A stretch of 64,000 bases of DNA from Nitrospirales bacterium (GTDB taxonomy: Bacteria > Nitrospirota > Nitrospiria > Nitrospirales > UBA8639). Where the stretch lies: NCBI GenBank assembly GCA_965203295.1, contig CBDBCZ010000015.1, forward strand, positions 448,001 to 512,000. The letters run 5' to 3'. The translations under genes were made by a program, and so were the position numbers. The notes beneath the pieces were generated by a model. It was not told where the DNA came from, ran no database searches, and worked only from the letters and a program-made list of their open reading frames with translations. Shown here piece after piece: positions 63,561 through 64,000 of this stretch. Position 1 is the first letter of the stretch. The number at the start of each line of letters is the position of its first letter.

Positions 63561-64000
63561 ATATAGTCATGAACCTCTGTTTCCTCAGCTCTGACGTTCA
63601 AGTGCTAGCCATGTTTAGGTTCTGACTGGGTTTGAATTGTGTTTGAAAAACCCACCTGCATGATTATTGATTTGCTGTTTTGTTTGTACCCAGTTTCGTA
63701 TTATTTCTATATCAATATTATTACTACGTAGCTGATGGTCAATACTCGGTATCATATCAATTCTGCTGGTATTGCCCATCTCTATCGCGCACACTTTGAG
63801 CAAAACTGCCAAATGTGATAATCATATTTGAATTTCTTGTGGCGTGTTCTAATTAATGCCTGCCCGCAATCATGCCCTTGTTGCAAATTTCCAGTCAGAT
63901 GGACTTCAAGAGTGGTCTGTGTATCACAGTAGGGGGTACAGAGCTCATATAATTGTGTGGGGGGTTAGGAAAGATCTGAATCTGAATCAAAATCTGAATG

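Overview
This is eukaryotic, intron-rich animal DNA. The short GT-AG exons, the very frequent TACATGTA octamer and the repeat types suggest a sponge or similar early-branching marine invertebrate (inference only). Three spliced genes could be assembled by hand with consistent splice phases. (1) A complete 18-coding-exon polypyrimidine tract-binding protein gene (PTBP, minus strand, 1016-22957, about 519 aa). (2) A 6-exon HD-superfamily metal-dependent phosphohydrolase (plus strand, 30396-44432, about 229 aa). (3) The 3' part of ULK3 (minus strand, 49233-61612: kinase C-lobe, two MIT domains, C-terminal CRLQ). Introns and intergenic DNA are full of mobile-element remnants: LINE RT fragments, an internally deleted Academ-like transposon with TIRs and TSD, tiny TAG-ended MITEs with 8-9-bp TSDs, a Ginger-like MITE, a HIRAN-carrying MITE, Helitron-like pieces, a hAT remnant and a tRNA-Thr-like repeat. 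Two observations stand out. First, the PTBP gene has a 34-nt frame-shifting exon with a long AG-free CU-rich tract, matching the vertebrate PTBP1 exon 11 AS-NMD autoregulatory switch. Second, several palindromic elements with unrelated arm sequences share a strand-specific hairpin apex (a GAA triloop above tandem GA/GA mismatches). Most ORF-track entries are spurious.
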